This document shows, piece after piece, positions 28,906 to 40,037 of a DNA stretch of 64,000 nt; the stretch's first letter is position 1, and every line of letters starts with the position of its first letter. The notes below the pieces were generated by a model. The model made no database searches, had not been told where the DNA came from, and saw only the letters and a program-made list of their open reading frames with translations. The translations under genes and the position numbers were made by a program. Source of the stretch: Myxococcota bacterium (lineage in GTDB: Bacteria; Myxococcota_A; SURF-8); NCBI GenBank assembly GCA_965140415.1, contig OZ223209.1, positions 3,264,001-3,328,000 on the forward strand, given 5' to 3'.

Positions 28906-30786
28906 ATGGAAGCGGCAAAACGTCCACAAAAAGCGGTGTTGGTCGGAGGCGGAAAGGCGAGCCGTGAGATCCTGGAACTAGTTGTATCCGGGAAACTCAA
29001 AGTCTTTTCCCTTGAAATCATGGCCGTCGTCGATCCAAACCTGGAAGCCCCTGGCGTAATATACGCCGATGAGCATTACTGGCCGACCTTGCAGAGCATT
29101 GAAGAAGCATTGCATCTGCCAGGATTGGAAGTTGTCATCGAACTGACCAACGATCCACGAGTGACCGAACAACTGTATCGCCAAGTCCCAAAAGGGGTGC
29201 GCATTATCGACCATATGACCGCGCGCCTCTTTTGGGATATCTTTGAATTCGATCAGCAGTTGGTGGCTCAATTCAAGGAAAAACAACAACTTCAGAAACA
29301 GGTCGAAACCGAACGCAAGAACCTGCAACAGATTCTGGACAGCCTGCCGCATGTCGTCATGGTAGTCGACCCGGACTTGCGTATTACCTGGTCGAACCGG
29401 CGTTTCAACCAGGTCACCGGTATTCCAACAGCACAGGCAGTCGGAGAACACTGCTATAAAGCCTTTTGCAGAAAACTGGACCGGTACGAAATCGGTGAAG
29501 ACCAGTGCCCCTGCCGCAAGGTGATGAAAACCGGCGAGCAGGTTACGCTGACCAAAGAACGCATCAGCGGTGGGACCAAGCGTTACTATGAAATCACGGC
29601 TAGTCCGATCAAGGACGAAAGCGGAAAGATCGTTCAGATTGTTGAAACTTCTCAGGAAATCACGACTCTGAAAGAGATGATCCAGACGACCCAGGAGCAA
29701 CAGCAGCTGTTCGAAAACTTCATGCAGACTGCGAGCGATTTCTTTGCGATAAAGGACATGCAGGGTCGCTACTTGGTGATCAACAACAGCTTTGCCCAAT
29801 TCTTCGGCAAAACCCCCAATGAATTCATTGGACGCGATGACCAGGAAGTCTTGCCGCAGGATATCGCCCTTATGATGGAATACGGCGATCAGCAAGTGAA
29901 ACGCTTACAGGCGGATCTCTGCTATACCGATACGTTCCTGCATCAAGGGAAAGAGTGCACCCTGCTGACGACGCGCTTCCCGCTACGCGACTACGAAGGC
30001 ACCATGACCGGTGTTTGCTCGATTTCACGAGACGTCACGGAAGAGCGTCGCCTGCAAAATCAATTGCTGCAATCGGAACGACTGGCGGCAGTCGGTCGCG
30101 CCATTGGCGGGCTGGCCCATGATATCAAGAACATATTGAACGGTTTGCAAGGTGGCCAATACGTGCTGGATTACGGCGTCGAGAATGAAGATATCGGAGA
30201 TATTAAAAAAGGAAAGCGGATGCTGGAACGCAACATCTCGCGTATTTCCGATATGATTCGCAATATGCTGGCCTATTCAAAAGATCGTAAACCCGTTTTT
30301 TCATTGGTGAATCCGCGAGATCTGGTTTCCGAACTTTGCGAAACCGTTTCCGCCAATCTCGACGATCACGGGATTACATTTGTTTGTGATAACCACTGTC
30401 TGGACCAGGAACTCTACCTCGATGGCACCCAGCTTTATCGGGTACTGACGAACTTCGTCAGCAATGCCATCGATGCCTGTAACGAAAAAGTCTATACCGA
30501 TGAAGATGGTCCGATCATCACGATCAGCGCCTGCCCCGATACCCACGATCAACGGAATCTGATGATCACCGTGATGGACAACGGCATCGGCATGACGGAA
30601 AAAGTCAAGAAGCAGATGTTCGAAGGCTTTTTCAGCACAAAAGGATCGCGAGGCACCGGCTTCGGCATGCCGGTCAGTAGAAAACTGGTGCAGGAGATGG
30701 GAGGCCGGATGGAAGTCGAATCCGAATTCGGCAAGGGTACGACCTTGCGTGTGATTCTACCTGCCCATACGGAAAAACCCGCCTGA
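28906..30786 (+). CDS. PAS-domain sensor histidine kinase
   Basis: N-terminal Rossmann-like VLVGGG, two PAS-like segments, H-box LAHDIKN, NAIDA, DNGIG, FFSTK, GTGFG. Confidence 0.92.
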   Translation: MEAAKRPQKAVLVGGGKASREILELVVSGKLKVFSLEIMAVVDPNLEAPGVIYADEHYWPTLQSIEEALHLPGLEVVIELTNDPRVTEQLYRQVPKGVRIIDHMTARLFWDIFEFDQQLVAQFKEKQQLQKQVETERKNLQQILDSLPHVVMVVDPDLRITWSNRRFNQVTGIPTAQAVGEHCYKAFCRKLDRYEIGEDQCPCRKVMKTGEQVTLTKERISGGTKRYYEITASPIKDESGKIVQIVETSQEITTLKEMIQTTQEQQQLFENFMQTASDFFAIKDMQGRYLVINNSFAQFFGKTPNEFIGRDDQEVLPQDIALMMEYGDQQVKRLQADLCYTDTFLHQGKECTLLTTRFPLRDYEGTMTGVCSISRDVTEERRLQNQLLQSERLAAVGRAIGGLAHDIKNILNGLQGGQYVLDYGVENEDIGDIKKGKRMLERNISRISDMIRNMLAYSKDRKPVFSLVNPRDLVSELCETVSANLDDHGITFVCDNHCLDQELYLDGTQLYRVLTNFVSNAIDACNEKVYTDEDGPIITISACPDTHDQRNLMITVMDNGIGMTEKVKKQMFEGFFSTKGSRGTGFGMPVSRKLVQEMGGRMEVESEFGKGTTLRVILPAHTEKPA

Positions 30787-30799
30787 TTATCCTGTTTTA

Positions 30800-32173
30800 T
30801 CAAGGACTGCTTTCTTCCGATTGCACTTCGGGTTCATCCACTGTCGAATCCGGTTGCGGACTGGGTATCTCCTCCGAGTTGCTGCTGCGATCGAAATGAT
30901 AGCCTATAGACAACGTCGCAACGTGCCGGAAGGTGTGAAAGGTTCCCGGAAGCGGGGCTTCCGTAGAGAGCTCGTGGGGAATCATATAACTGAACATATA
31001 CGCGACATCAACGTAAACGATGTCGTTGGCCACCGAATCCCATTGACCGCCGAAACCGACACCAACATTCAAGCGCTGGCTATCCGGCTGCAAAGGATCC
31101 ACGGCTTTGTCGGGCTGCACGTCGCTGTCGTATGAAACACCAAGACGCGCCACGAAGTTGTCGGTAGCCCAGCCTTCAACGCCAAGGGCGATCTGGAAAC
31201 CGTCACTTAAATCCTGCTCGATGATCTCGGCCATCCGGCGTTCTTCCGGGCCTTCATACATGCCATATTCAAAATCGACCTGCCGCGTTTCGTACAGGGA
31301 CCAGGAGAAGTACCAGAGATCCAGTTCCAGTGAGACGCGCTCGTGCGGCCAGAATCGTGCTCCAAGGGAAAGCTGGTGCGGAGCCTGAATGCGGAAATCG
31401 TAATTCTGCTCCTGAAAACGCCAGGCCCAAGGAGAACTGACATCGAACGACATCTTCCCGTCGAACTTCAGATCGTAGGTGCTGCGGTAGCCCAGACCCA
31501 CACGCGCCCAATCGACAGGCTGATACGCGATTCCGAAGTTGCCGCCAAAGCCCCAACCGCTTCCTTCCAGTTTCATCTGGTTTTCCGCCTGCTCCTGCCC
31601 ACTTGGAATTACACCAAGTGTCAAGCTGCGAGTCGTCAAAAACGACGCCCAGATCGCGTCGAAACCGGCTGCAAGATGCAGGTTTTTACATGGAGTAAAC
31701 GAAATGTTCGGATTGACCGTCATGCTTTTGATTTCATTGCGAATGGCGATGTGCGAACCTTCCCACTGCTCCGGCCAACTCAGTTTGATGCCATAGTTGG
31801 GAAAAACAGCCAGCCCTAAGCTCAGGATGTCGTTGATTTTAAAGGAAGTAAACAAATGCGGGCCGAATTCCGGCTTGATATTGCTTTCCGTTTTGACACC
31901 CTGCGGGTTTTCATAGGTGCTGTCCGCGATATACACGGTCAAACCCAATTCCAACGCCTGCCCTTCGATAAAGGAGATGTTGGCGGCGTTGTGATACTGC
32001 GAGGAAGGTCGTTGCCCGCTGGCAGTCAACGCATTCGCCTGCCCGACCGATTCTCCGGACACATCCTGAACCATCAGAAAACCGGCCCAGGCCGGAGAAG
32101 ATAGCAGGCAAAGCAAAATCGCGAGCAAGTATGGAGAAATCACTTTCGGCATGTCGATACGTACTGATTTCAT
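30800..32173 (-). CDS. FadL/OmpP1-family outer-membrane transport protein
   Basis: Signal peptide ending AWA|G, then GF.VQ..S...GQANA, YHNAA, beta-strand pattern and PDSQR. Confidence 0.85.
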   Translation of the reverse strand: MKSVRIDMPKVISPYLLAILLCLLSSPAWAGFLMVQDVSGESVGQANALTASGQRPSSQYHNAANISFIEGQALELGLTVYIADSTYENPQGVKTESNIKPEFGPHLFTSFKINDILSLGLAVFPNYGIKLSWPEQWEGSHIAIRNEIKSMTVNPNISFTPCKNLHLAAGFDAIWASFLTTRSLTLGVIPSGQEQAENQMKLEGSGWGFGGNFGIAYQPVDWARVGLGYRSTYDLKFDGKMSFDVSSPWAWRFQEQNYDFRIQAPHQLSLGARFWPHERVSLELDLWYFSWSLYETRQVDFEYGMYEGPEERRMAEIIEQDLSDGFQIALGVEGWATDNFVARLGVSYDSDVQPDKAVDPLQPDSQRLNVGVGFGGQWDSVANDIVYVDVAYMFSYMIPHELSTEAPLPGTFHTFRHVATLSIGYHFDRSSNSEEIPSPQPDSTVDEPEVQSEESSP

Positions 32174-32186
32174 GATTTTTCCTCCT

Positions 32187-34313
32187 TTACCAGCCACGAC
32201 GACGGCCATAGAAAACGCCGCTCATGGGCATGTTCTCCACCACGCCGACGCCTTCTATGTTCGCCCCCTTTACGTTTGCATCCGCGCTTCCAGCAATGCC
32301 ATCGGAGTTGTATATCGTTCCATGAAGCACCACATCCGCCACGGTATCGTCCAATAGCAGCGTTGAAATCGTAGATGGAATGGGGAAATCATTGAGGGTA
32401 ATGGTGAACGTTCCATCGGTCGCAATCGCTCCCGGTTCCACCGGGCTAACACCGGAGTGCGAACTATCACCGTTTAAAAAGAGTTCGCCATCTATAAATG
32501 CGTTGCCGTCCAGTATCACCCCCTGCTGCTCCAGAATGCCGACCAGACTCAATTCCATCGGCGTGTCGGGATTGAGTGGATCGTTAAAGCTGGCCGCCAT
32601 ATCCCAGTTTCCGGTGATATCCGCCTCGACCAGATTCTTTTCTCCCAAGTCGTTTTCACCCAACTGGCATTCTTCATCGGAAACCGGTTCACATTCCGAA
32701 GTCGTAAAGGTGTACATCACCGCAAGTTCAATGCGACTTTCTATAAATCCGGTTTGAATCAGCGCGTCGATGGGAGCCTGATAATAGACGCGCAGCCGTT
32801 CAAGCATGGAGAGAATGCTGATGAGCATGTCCGTGGCTTCACTAAGGTTCTTCTCATTTAGCTTTTCCGCACGCCCCGCACCGATCAGGGTATCGACACG
32901 GCTGTCGATGAAAGGAGAAAGCCACTGATCGCCTGCGATCAGCGCCTGATCCGAGCGCACCATACCGAAGTAAACATCCGCATTGGCACAACGCCCATTC
33001 GTGCCTTGCAGCTTCGTATTGGCGGCGACGAGGTAGGTGGCGTTTTCTTTCAAGCCAGCGCTCGGAGTCAGTGTGACGGTAGCGGTATCCTCCAGATTAT
33101 CAACCGATGCGGTAACGGACTCTACACGAGTCAAGGAGCCATCCTCTTCGAAGAGGAACAGCCCTAACGATTCTTCCGTCGCACTGGCTTCATCTAAAGG
33201 CTGATTGGTTTCGAAACTGGGTTTGAAGTCCGTTTCCGCCTGCTGACAAACCGGTAGAACCTCTCCCTTGCAATTGTAGCGATATCCCAGTGAATAAGGA
33301 GGCAGCATCGGATTCTTCGAAAAAACGATGCGCTCCGGGTTGACGGTTTGAGCGAGGGGATTGGTTGCAATGCTGAAGTGAAATGCGCTGATCACTTCGT
33401 TGCGGCTGCGTCCCATCTCCGAAAACAAGCCCTCCCAGATCTTCAAGCCGTAATTGGTCGTCTGGCGAGCGTTTTCAAGTTCCTGGATATACTCGACATC
33501 GGTAAACAGGTTGTTGCGAGGGGAACCATCTGCCGCGATATAGGCTTGCTCATCCTCGGCAGCAAAGAGCAGGAATGGTGCATCTGGCAAAAACGCCTGA
33601 CCATCGACATCTTTAATTCCTTTTTCGTTCAGACCGGTCATTACCACAAGATAGCTATGACCGGAATCGAACAACTCCGGCATCAAACTATCCACCGGTT
33701 TGAAGCGAATGGTCATGTTATAGGGGTAACTTTCCCGCAAGTCGATATTGAACAGTAGATAGTAACTATCTGGATCGATGGCAACCGGCTGCTCCGGGTC
33801 GGTGATATCCAACAAAAAGAAATTGGCTTCTTCCGGATTGCTTTGCTCGCTTTTTTCGGAATAACGAACGATGCTATCCATATCCACAAGCTTTGAAAAC
33901 GGGATTTCAGGAACGAAGTTAGGAACATAGCCATCCAACTCGTTCATACTGGTTTTCAAATCGACGGTCAGATCCGAATCCATATCCAACTCGTAGCCCA
34001 GATCCTGGGATCGATTCGCCTCAACCGCGTCGATAATCGGAACTTGCAAGGTGTCGGTTTCAGCATCCAAGGGAGTATCACCAACCACCATGACTCCGAT
34101 CCGTGCCTGAGCGGCAGGATTCATCAGGTTATTTGGCAAAGGGAGAATCGTCCAATCCGGGTTGGTAATCGCCACCGGTTGAGTGTCGTAATTGGTAACG
34201 ATTGTATCTGGATCGGGTGAATCGGCGCTTGGACCAGGGCATCCAGCCAAGACAAACATGAAGCAGCTAAGAACAATGATTGATCCGATTCGCCAGCATA
34301 GACGATGCAGCAT
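32187..34313 (-). CDS. Hypothetical lipoprotein with Ig-like segments, likely co-transcribed with the FadL gene
   Basis: Lipobox VLAG|C, LPLPNNL motif, 'LTPSAGLKENATYLV' Ig-like segment. No catalytic motif recognised. Confidence 0.7.
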   Translation of the reverse strand: MLHRLCWRIGSIIVLSCFMFVLAGCPGPSADSPDPDTIVTNYDTQPVAITNPDWTILPLPNNLMNPAAQARIGVMVVGDTPLDAETDTLQVPIIDAVEANRSQDLGYELDMDSDLTVDLKTSMNELDGYVPNFVPEIPFSKLVDMDSIVRYSEKSEQSNPEEANFFLLDITDPEQPVAIDPDSYYLLFNIDLRESYPYNMTIRFKPVDSLMPELFDSGHSYLVVMTGLNEKGIKDVDGQAFLPDAPFLLFAAEDEQAYIAADGSPRNNLFTDVEYIQELENARQTTNYGLKIWEGLFSEMGRSRNEVISAFHFSIATNPLAQTVNPERIVFSKNPMLPPYSLGYRYNCKGEVLPVCQQAETDFKPSFETNQPLDEASATEESLGLFLFEEDGSLTRVESVTASVDNLEDTATVTLTPSAGLKENATYLVAANTKLQGTNGRCANADVYFGMVRSDQALIAGDQWLSPFIDSRVDTLIGAGRAEKLNEKNLSEATDMLISILSMLERLRVYYQAPIDALIQTGFIESRIELAVMYTFTTSECEPVSDEECQLGENDLGEKNLVEADITGNWDMAASFNDPLNPDTPMELSLVGILEQQGVILDGNAFIDGELFLNGDSSHSGVSPVEPGAIATDGTFTITLNDFPIPSTISTLLLDDTVADVVLHGTIYNSDGIAGSADANVKGANIEGVGVVENMPMSGVFYGRRRGW

Positions 34314-34583
34314 GGCTCCCTCCTAAACGTCGGATGGCCTATTGACAAGGTCTCACAAAGCAAAAGTCGAAATACAATGACTTTGCCGAAGAGACACATG
34401 GCGAGAATATTCAACAGGTTGTATCATGGAATTGCATTCTCGACAATCTTTTCCTGTTCATATGAAGTTGAATAGGGTATCACTACATGAAACAGTACGA
34501 AGTTACATAAAGTTTTCTTGACATAGATCTATACCAAGACTTAAATTGACATGATTCCAATTTGGAGCCGGAAAGGTAAAATA

Positions 34584-35921
34584 ATGGATCCCGTTCTTCT
34601 TGCACGCATTCAATTCGCTTTCACCGCTGGATTCCACTTCCTGTTTCCTCCTATTACCATCGGCATGGCCTGGATTATCGTCTGGATGTTGGGAAAATAC
34701 CGATCCACAGGTGAAGAATTCTGGAAACAGACCAGCCGCTTCTGGATCCGCATGTTTACACTCACTTTCGGTGTGGGCGTTGCAACTGGTATCACGATGG
34801 AATTCGAATTCGGCACCAACTGGGCCGAGTATTCTCGCTTTGTCGGAGACATCTTCGGTGCGCCGCTGGCTGCCGAAGCGATTTTCTCTTTCTTTTTGGA
34901 ATCCACGTTTTTAGCCGTACTCATTTTCGGCTGGAACAAGGTCAGCAAAAATACTTTATGGTTTGCGGCATTGATGGTTGCCATCGGTTCAACGCTGTCC
35001 GCATTCTGGATTATCGTAGCCAACTCCTGGATGCAAACACCTGCTGGCTTTGAGATTCTTGAAGGTCGCGCGGTGCTGACGGACTTCTGGGCGGCATTAT
35101 TCAACCCCTCTACCCTGCCCCGTTACTTCCATACAGTCTGCGCATCAATTACGACCGGCGCTTTCCTGGTGATGGGCGTCAGTGCCTGGTATCTACTCAA
35201 ACACAGGCACTTTGAATTCGCTGACAAGTCGATCCGCATCGCGCTGCTGGTTGCGTTGGCGACATCCTTGATCCAATTAGGACTGGGTCACTGGCACGGT
35301 GTGCAAATCACGAAACTGCAACCGGAAAAACTGGCAGCGATGGAAGGTCACTTCGAAACGACGACCCATGCTCCTTTGAAATTGTTCGGAATTCCAGATG
35401 TTGAAAACGAGCGTTTTTATTTTGCAATCGAAATGCCGCCACTGCTTTCAGTTCTGGCCCATGGCAAGATCGACAGCGAAGTCAAAGGCTTGAAAGCCTT
35501 CCCCAAGGACGAACGTCCTCCCGTAATTCTGCCTTTTTATTCGTTCCACTTCATGGTGATGATCGGCATGGGATTTATCTTGTTCACCTTATGGGGAGGC
35601 TATCTGCACATCAGAAACATCCTGCCCAACGCAAAAACTTATTTGAAACTTTCGATGTTGATGTTTCCCTTGGCGACATTGACAAACCAACTCGGCTGGA
35701 TTACCGCCGAAGTGGGTCGGCAACCCTGGGCAGTGTATAAAGTGATTCGCACCGCCGATGCAATCAGCCCCAAGGTGTCATCCGGAGAAATCCTCTTCTC
35801 GCTCTTCATGTTCGGCACGATTTACGCGCTGCTGCTGTTTGTATGGCTCTATGCCCTGAAAAAACTGATTGTTACCGGTCCGCCACTTCCTACCGATGAC
35901 GGAAAGGAGGTGACAGCCTGA
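34584..35921 (+). CDS. cydA: Cytochrome bd ubiquinol oxidase subunit I
   Basis: LARIQFAFT..FHFLF, GVATG, EFEFGTNW, NSWMQTP, QPEKLAAMEG, EVGRQPW. Confidence 0.97.
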   Translation: MDPVLLARIQFAFTAGFHFLFPPITIGMAWIIVWMLGKYRSTGEEFWKQTSRFWIRMFTLTFGVGVATGITMEFEFGTNWAEYSRFVGDIFGAPLAAEAIFSFFLESTFLAVLIFGWNKVSKNTLWFAALMVAIGSTLSAFWIIVANSWMQTPAGFEILEGRAVLTDFWAALFNPSTLPRYFHTVCASITTGAFLVMGVSAWYLLKHRHFEFADKSIRIALLVALATSLIQLGLGHWHGVQITKLQPEKLAAMEGHFETTTHAPLKLFGIPDVENERFYFAIEMPPLLSVLAHGKIDSEVKGLKAFPKDERPPVILPFYSFHFMVMIGMGFILFTLWGGYLHIRNILPNAKTYLKLSMLMFPLATLTNQLGWITAEVGRQPWAVYKVIRTADAISPKVSSGEILFSLFMFGTIYALLLFVWLYALKKLIVTGPPLPTDDGKEVTA

Positions 35922-36943
35922 TGGAAACCTTACAAATCATCTGGTACGTGCTGGTATTGGTTCTTTTAATCGGATACGCCATTCTAGACGGTTTCGATCT
36001 GGGAGTGGGCTTCTGGCATCTCTTTGTAAAGAAGGATGAAGAACGACGCCTGCTGCTGCGCTCCATCGGTCCTTTCTGGGACGGCAACGAAGTTTGGCTG
36101 ATCACCGGTGGAGGCGCTCTATTCGCCGCGTTCCCGGCGGTCTATGCTTCGGTTTTCAGCGGTTTTTATTTGGCATTGATGCTGGTGCTGTTAGCGCTGA
36201 TCTTCCGCGCCGTTGCAATGGAATTCCGCTCGCTCGAAGAAGGCTCTCGCTGGCGTAAAGGATGGGATTTCGCATTTTCAGTGGGTAGTTCTCTTGCTGC
36301 ACTGTTATTCGGAGTTGCATTGGGCAACCTGCTTAACGGCATGGAACTGGACGCCGACGGCAATTACGTTGCCGGATTCCTGGCGCTATTGAACCCCTTC
36401 AGCCTGCTGATCGGTCTGACCGGACTGGCGATGCTCGCAACACAGGGCGCGTTATACCTGGGCTTTAAAACAAGGGGAGACGTGCAGGCACGCGCGCAGA
36501 ACTGGGCGAAAATCTCCTGGCCGGTCTTCCTGGTCCTGTTCATTCTGTCAAGCGTGCTTTCATTTGTCTGGCATCCGGGTCACCTTAGCAATTACAACGC
36601 AGCCCCGGCACTTTGGCTGATACCGGTATTGGCTCTGACCGCGATCGTATTGACAGGATGGTTCACCATGAGACGCAACTCATTCCCGGCGTTTCTTACG
36701 AACAGTCTGACCATCGCGGCATCATTTATGCTCGTTGCGGCGGCGACATTCCCCAGTTTCGTTCCGGCAACGAATCCCGATTTAAGCCTGACGCTGTTCA
36801 ATTCCTCCTCTTCCAAGTTGACTCTGAGCTGGATGCTTGGAATCACGCTGCTCGGTTTCCCCTTTGTATTGGGCTATACGTTCTGGATTTACCGCACCTT
36901 CCGAGGACCAGTGACTCTGGATGACGACGACTACGGCCACTGA
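35921..36943 (+). CDS. cydB: Cytochrome bd ubiquinol oxidase subunit II
   Basis: LDGFDLGVG, GPFWDGNEVW, FAAFP. TGATG overlap with cydA. Confidence 0.97.
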   Translation: METLQIIWYVLVLVLLIGYAILDGFDLGVGFWHLFVKKDEERRLLLRSIGPFWDGNEVWLITGGGALFAAFPAVYASVFSGFYLALMLVLLALIFRAVAMEFRSLEEGSRWRKGWDFAFSVGSSLAALLFGVALGNLLNGMELDADGNYVAGFLALLNPFSLLIGLTGLAMLATQGALYLGFKTRGDVQARAQNWAKISWPVFLVLFILSSVLSFVWHPGHLSNYNAAPALWLIPVLALTAIVLTGWFTMRRNSFPAFLTNSLTIAASFMLVAAATFPSFVPATNPDLSLTLFNSSSSKLTLSWMLGITLLGFPFVLGYTFWIYRTFRGPVTLDDDDYGH

Positions 36944-36981
36944 ACATCCTGCGGCTTTCAGTCGTCTCGATAAAATCGCTT

Positions 36982-37006
36982 ACCCGCCGAATCCGGCGGG
37001 TTTTTT
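36982..37006 (+). terminator. Intrinsic terminator after cydB
   Basis: acccgccg-aatc-cggcgggt followed by a T-tract. Confidence 0.8.
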
Positions 37007-37122
37007 ATTGCAAATTTGAAAAAGACAAAGCCAGGCTAACGACTAACGAAGAGAATCATGAGAAATGTCGTTCCAAAACGACAAAATCCCCGCCAACTAG
37101 CGAGGACAATGCCATCAAACGA

Positions 37123-37150
37123 ACGACCGCCCCAAAACAGGGGCGGTCGT
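37123..37150 (-). terminator. Putative terminator after the EF-G paralogue
   Basis: Stem acgaccgcccc / ggggcggtcgt. Confidence 0.65.
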
Positions 37151-37173
37151 GTAATATCGAAAACTGGAAGAAT

Positions 37174-39261
37174 TTATTCTTCTTCTTTGGATTTGCGGTA
37201 TTCCGCAGCGATTTTCTCGGCGATTGCTGCGGGGACTTCCTCGTAATGATCGAAGTTCGCAGTAAAGAACGCCTTATCCTGCGTCATGGCACGCAGATCG
37301 GGAGACAACGTATGCATCTCGGACTGAGGAATCTCGGCGTGGATAACGGTTAACTTAGCTTCATCTTCACTACCCTGCACCTTACCGCGTCGGGAGGAGA
37401 TATTGCCGTACACATCACCCATGTACTCAGACGGCACCGTAATGGCTACCTTCATGATCGGTTCCAAAATAACAGGCTTGGCTTCGAGCATACATTTTTT
37501 CCACGCCATCGAACCGGCAACCTTGAATGCCATTTCAGAGGAATCGACGTTGTGGTAGGAACCGAAGAAGAGTTCGACTTTCACGTCCTGCACCGGGTTA
37601 CCGGTGAGTTCGCCCTTCACCATGGCTTCTACGATACCTTTTTCAACGGCAGGAATGAACTGTCTTGGAATGACACCACCCACAATGGCATCGACGAATT
37701 CGAAACCGCCACCGGGGAACGGCTCCACGCGGATGTGACAGTCACCATATTGTCCACGACCACCGGTCTGTTTCTTGTATTTTCCTTGCGCTTCCGCTTT
37801 ACCGCGAATTGTTTCGCGATAAGGAATCTTGGGCTCGCTCAATTCGACTTCGACGCTGAACTTGCGATTCATGCGTTCCATGGCAACGTCGATCTGCGAC
37901 TGACCCATACCCGAAAGGATGAAGTCCTTGGTTTGTTCTTCTCGCCAGAAAGACAGGTTCGGGTCTTCTTCGAGGATGCGAGTGAGAGCTGCCGCCATCT
38001 TTTCTTCTTCGCCCTGAGTCTTGGGGCGAATGGCCAGATTGACCATGGGAGCGACCTTGGGTAATTCCGGGAACTTGACACCATTGGCTTCCTTGATGCA
38101 AAGCGAATCGCCGGTCGCGATGTCTTTGACTTTAAGAACGGCACAGATTTCACCGGTGGAAGCGCCTTCGATTCCTTCCTGTTTTTTGCCACGCACGTAG
38201 AACAGTTTACCCGGCTTATCTTTGCTGCTTTGATTCAGATTGTAGAATTGCTCATCGGGAGCCAAAGAACCGCGGTAGACACGGAAAATGGAAACTTTTC
38301 CCGCAAACGGATCGGATAAGGTTTTGATGACCTGAGCCGCGAATTCACCGTCTTCGGAAATGGTCAGCGATTCTTCTTCACCGCTGCTCAGATTCACCAC
38401 GGTGCGCGGGCGCTCTTCCGTCGGGTTCGGGAAGGTTTGGCAGATCAAGTCCAGCAGCAAGTCAACACCGATATTTTTAAGCGCCGAAGCACACAAGACC
38501 GGGCAGAATTGCAGGTTCAACAGGCCGTTTTTCAGGCACTGCTGAAGTTCTTCATCGGTAACTTCCTCGCCCTCCAGGTATTTCATCATGATCTCATCAT
38601 CGCCTTCGACTAGACGTTCGATCATGGTGCTGCGCATCTCTTCCACCTGATCTGCCATATCGGCTGGAATATCGATGGCTTTACCGATACCACCGTTGCC
38701 ATCGTAAGTGTACGCCTTGTTCGCCAGCAGATCGACCACTCCGGAGAAGCCATCTTCTTTTCCGATCGGCAGGTGAATCAGCACCGGCTCGACAGGCAAC
38801 GATTCTTTAATGCTTTGCACGGCTTTATCGAAATCACTGTGCTCTTTATCCAGGCGATTGATGACTGCCACGAACGGAAGCTTTTCCGCCTGGGCACGTT
38901 GTGCCATGATTTCACTTTGGAACTTCACGCCTTCCAGCGCGTCGACCGGCAAAACGGCAGCGCCCATAACCGGCAACATGGCGTATCCTTCGGGAATGAA
39001 GTTCGAGTTTCCGGGAGTGTCGAGCATGAAGATCTGATGATCTTTGCGCATCACATCGAAGAAAGCCGTGGAAACGGAATATTGCCGTTTCTGCTCTTCC
39101 GGTTCGAAATCCATAACGGACTGACCGGCATCGACGGCTCCCAGACGCTCGTTCGCTTTGCAAAGGTAGAGAATCGCTTCACAAATCGATGTCTTACCCG
39201 CACCAGCGTGACCGATGAAGCCAACCACGCGCTTGTGGTTTGTGTCAACTTTCTTCGCCAT
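37174..39261 (-). CDS. fusA: Elongation factor G paralogue (EF-G2 type, outside the str operon)
   Basis: GHAGAGKT, DTPG, NRLD, KKQTGGRGQYG, GSYHNVDSSEMAF. It lacks the canonical RGITI effector motif. Confidence 0.9.
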   Translation of the reverse strand: MAKKVDTNHKRVVGFIGHAGAGKTSICEAILYLCKANERLGAVDAGQSVMDFEPEEQKRQYSVSTAFFDVMRKDHQIFMLDTPGNSNFIPEGYAMLPVMGAAVLPVDALEGVKFQSEIMAQRAQAEKLPFVAVINRLDKEHSDFDKAVQSIKESLPVEPVLIHLPIGKEDGFSGVVDLLANKAYTYDGNGGIGKAIDIPADMADQVEEMRSTMIERLVEGDDEIMMKYLEGEEVTDEELQQCLKNGLLNLQFCPVLCASALKNIGVDLLLDLICQTFPNPTEERPRTVVNLSSGEEESLTISEDGEFAAQVIKTLSDPFAGKVSIFRVYRGSLAPDEQFYNLNQSSKDKPGKLFYVRGKKQEGIEGASTGEICAVLKVKDIATGDSLCIKEANGVKFPELPKVAPMVNLAIRPKTQGEEEKMAAALTRILEEDPNLSFWREEQTKDFILSGMGQSQIDVAMERMNRKFSVEVELSEPKIPYRETIRGKAEAQGKYKKQTGGRGQYGDCHIRVEPFPGGGFEFVDAIVGGVIPRQFIPAVEKGIVEAMVKGELTGNPVQDVKVELFFGSYHNVDSSEMAFKVAGSMAWKKCMLEAKPVILEPIMKVAITVPSEYMGDVYGNISSRRGKVQGSEDEAKLTVIHAEIPQSEMHTLSPDLRAMTQDKAFFTANFDHYEEVPAAIAEKIAAEYRKSKEEE

Positions 39262-39700
39262 GAAACTCTCCCTTCTTCAGAAAAATAACCGTAAACACCG
39301 TCATTTATATTGCGCGTCTAAATGTCGCGTACATGTGAATGATAGGGATATTCCCAGATCATAAGGGTCCGGAATATAGCACACCATATATGGTTGTCAA
39401 ACAAAAAAGCAGTGACAAACCAAGCCTTATTTATGCCCGTTTGTGTTTATCAAGACCGAACGATGCTTCTTACCGACAGCAGCTATCCATCTGCGATTGT
39501 GCGTTCATCTCTTTAACTGGACATCGCGTTTGAGGTGATGACCTTCATAGTGATCACCCAAGCGAATCGATTAGGAACTAGAGATTTTTAAATCTTGAAA
39601 ATATTCAATAATTGAATTGCATATTTTGCTTTATTATGACATAATGATAGCATAATTAAGTGACACTTAAACCACTTAGACTCACAAACAACAAAGGCGA

Positions 39701-39919
39701 ATGAACGAAATGTCTCGTATGCATACCAGCGAAGTATTGGATTATCACAATCAAGCAACAGCCGCTACTAATGTGGTGATTCCCGTTCAGTACAAGGAAA
39801 TGCTGCGCTTCTTGAGCAACAAGACTCGAATTCGTCAAAGCGAATACATTCGCGAAGCGCTTCGCGATGTTTTGATCAAGTATCGAAAGGAGTTTGTGGG
39901 CTCCTCGTTTGAATTTTAA
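39701..39919 (+). CDS. Small ribbon-helix-helix DNA-binding protein
   Basis: TNVVIP..YKEMLRFLSNKTRIRQSEYIREALRDVLIKY fits the RHH beta-alpha-alpha pattern. Start uncertain. Confidence 0.75.
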   Translation: MNEMSRMHTSEVLDYHNQATAATNVVIPVQYKEMLRFLSNKTRIRQSEYIREALRDVLIKYRKEFVGSSFEF

Positions 39920-39973
39920 CCACAAGCTATCGATCTGTTATTCGTTCCCTCATTTTCTATTTCCCATTCCCAG

Positions 39974-40009
39974 GCCCGGAGGTCTCCCACCTCCGGGCGC
40001 GTTTCTTTT
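39974..40009 (+). terminator. Putative intrinsic terminator after the RHH gene
   Basis: gcccggaggt / acctccgggc followed by a T-rich tract. Confidence 0.7.
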
Positions 40010-40037
40010 ATGGACCTGAGTTTTTAAAATAGGGCGC

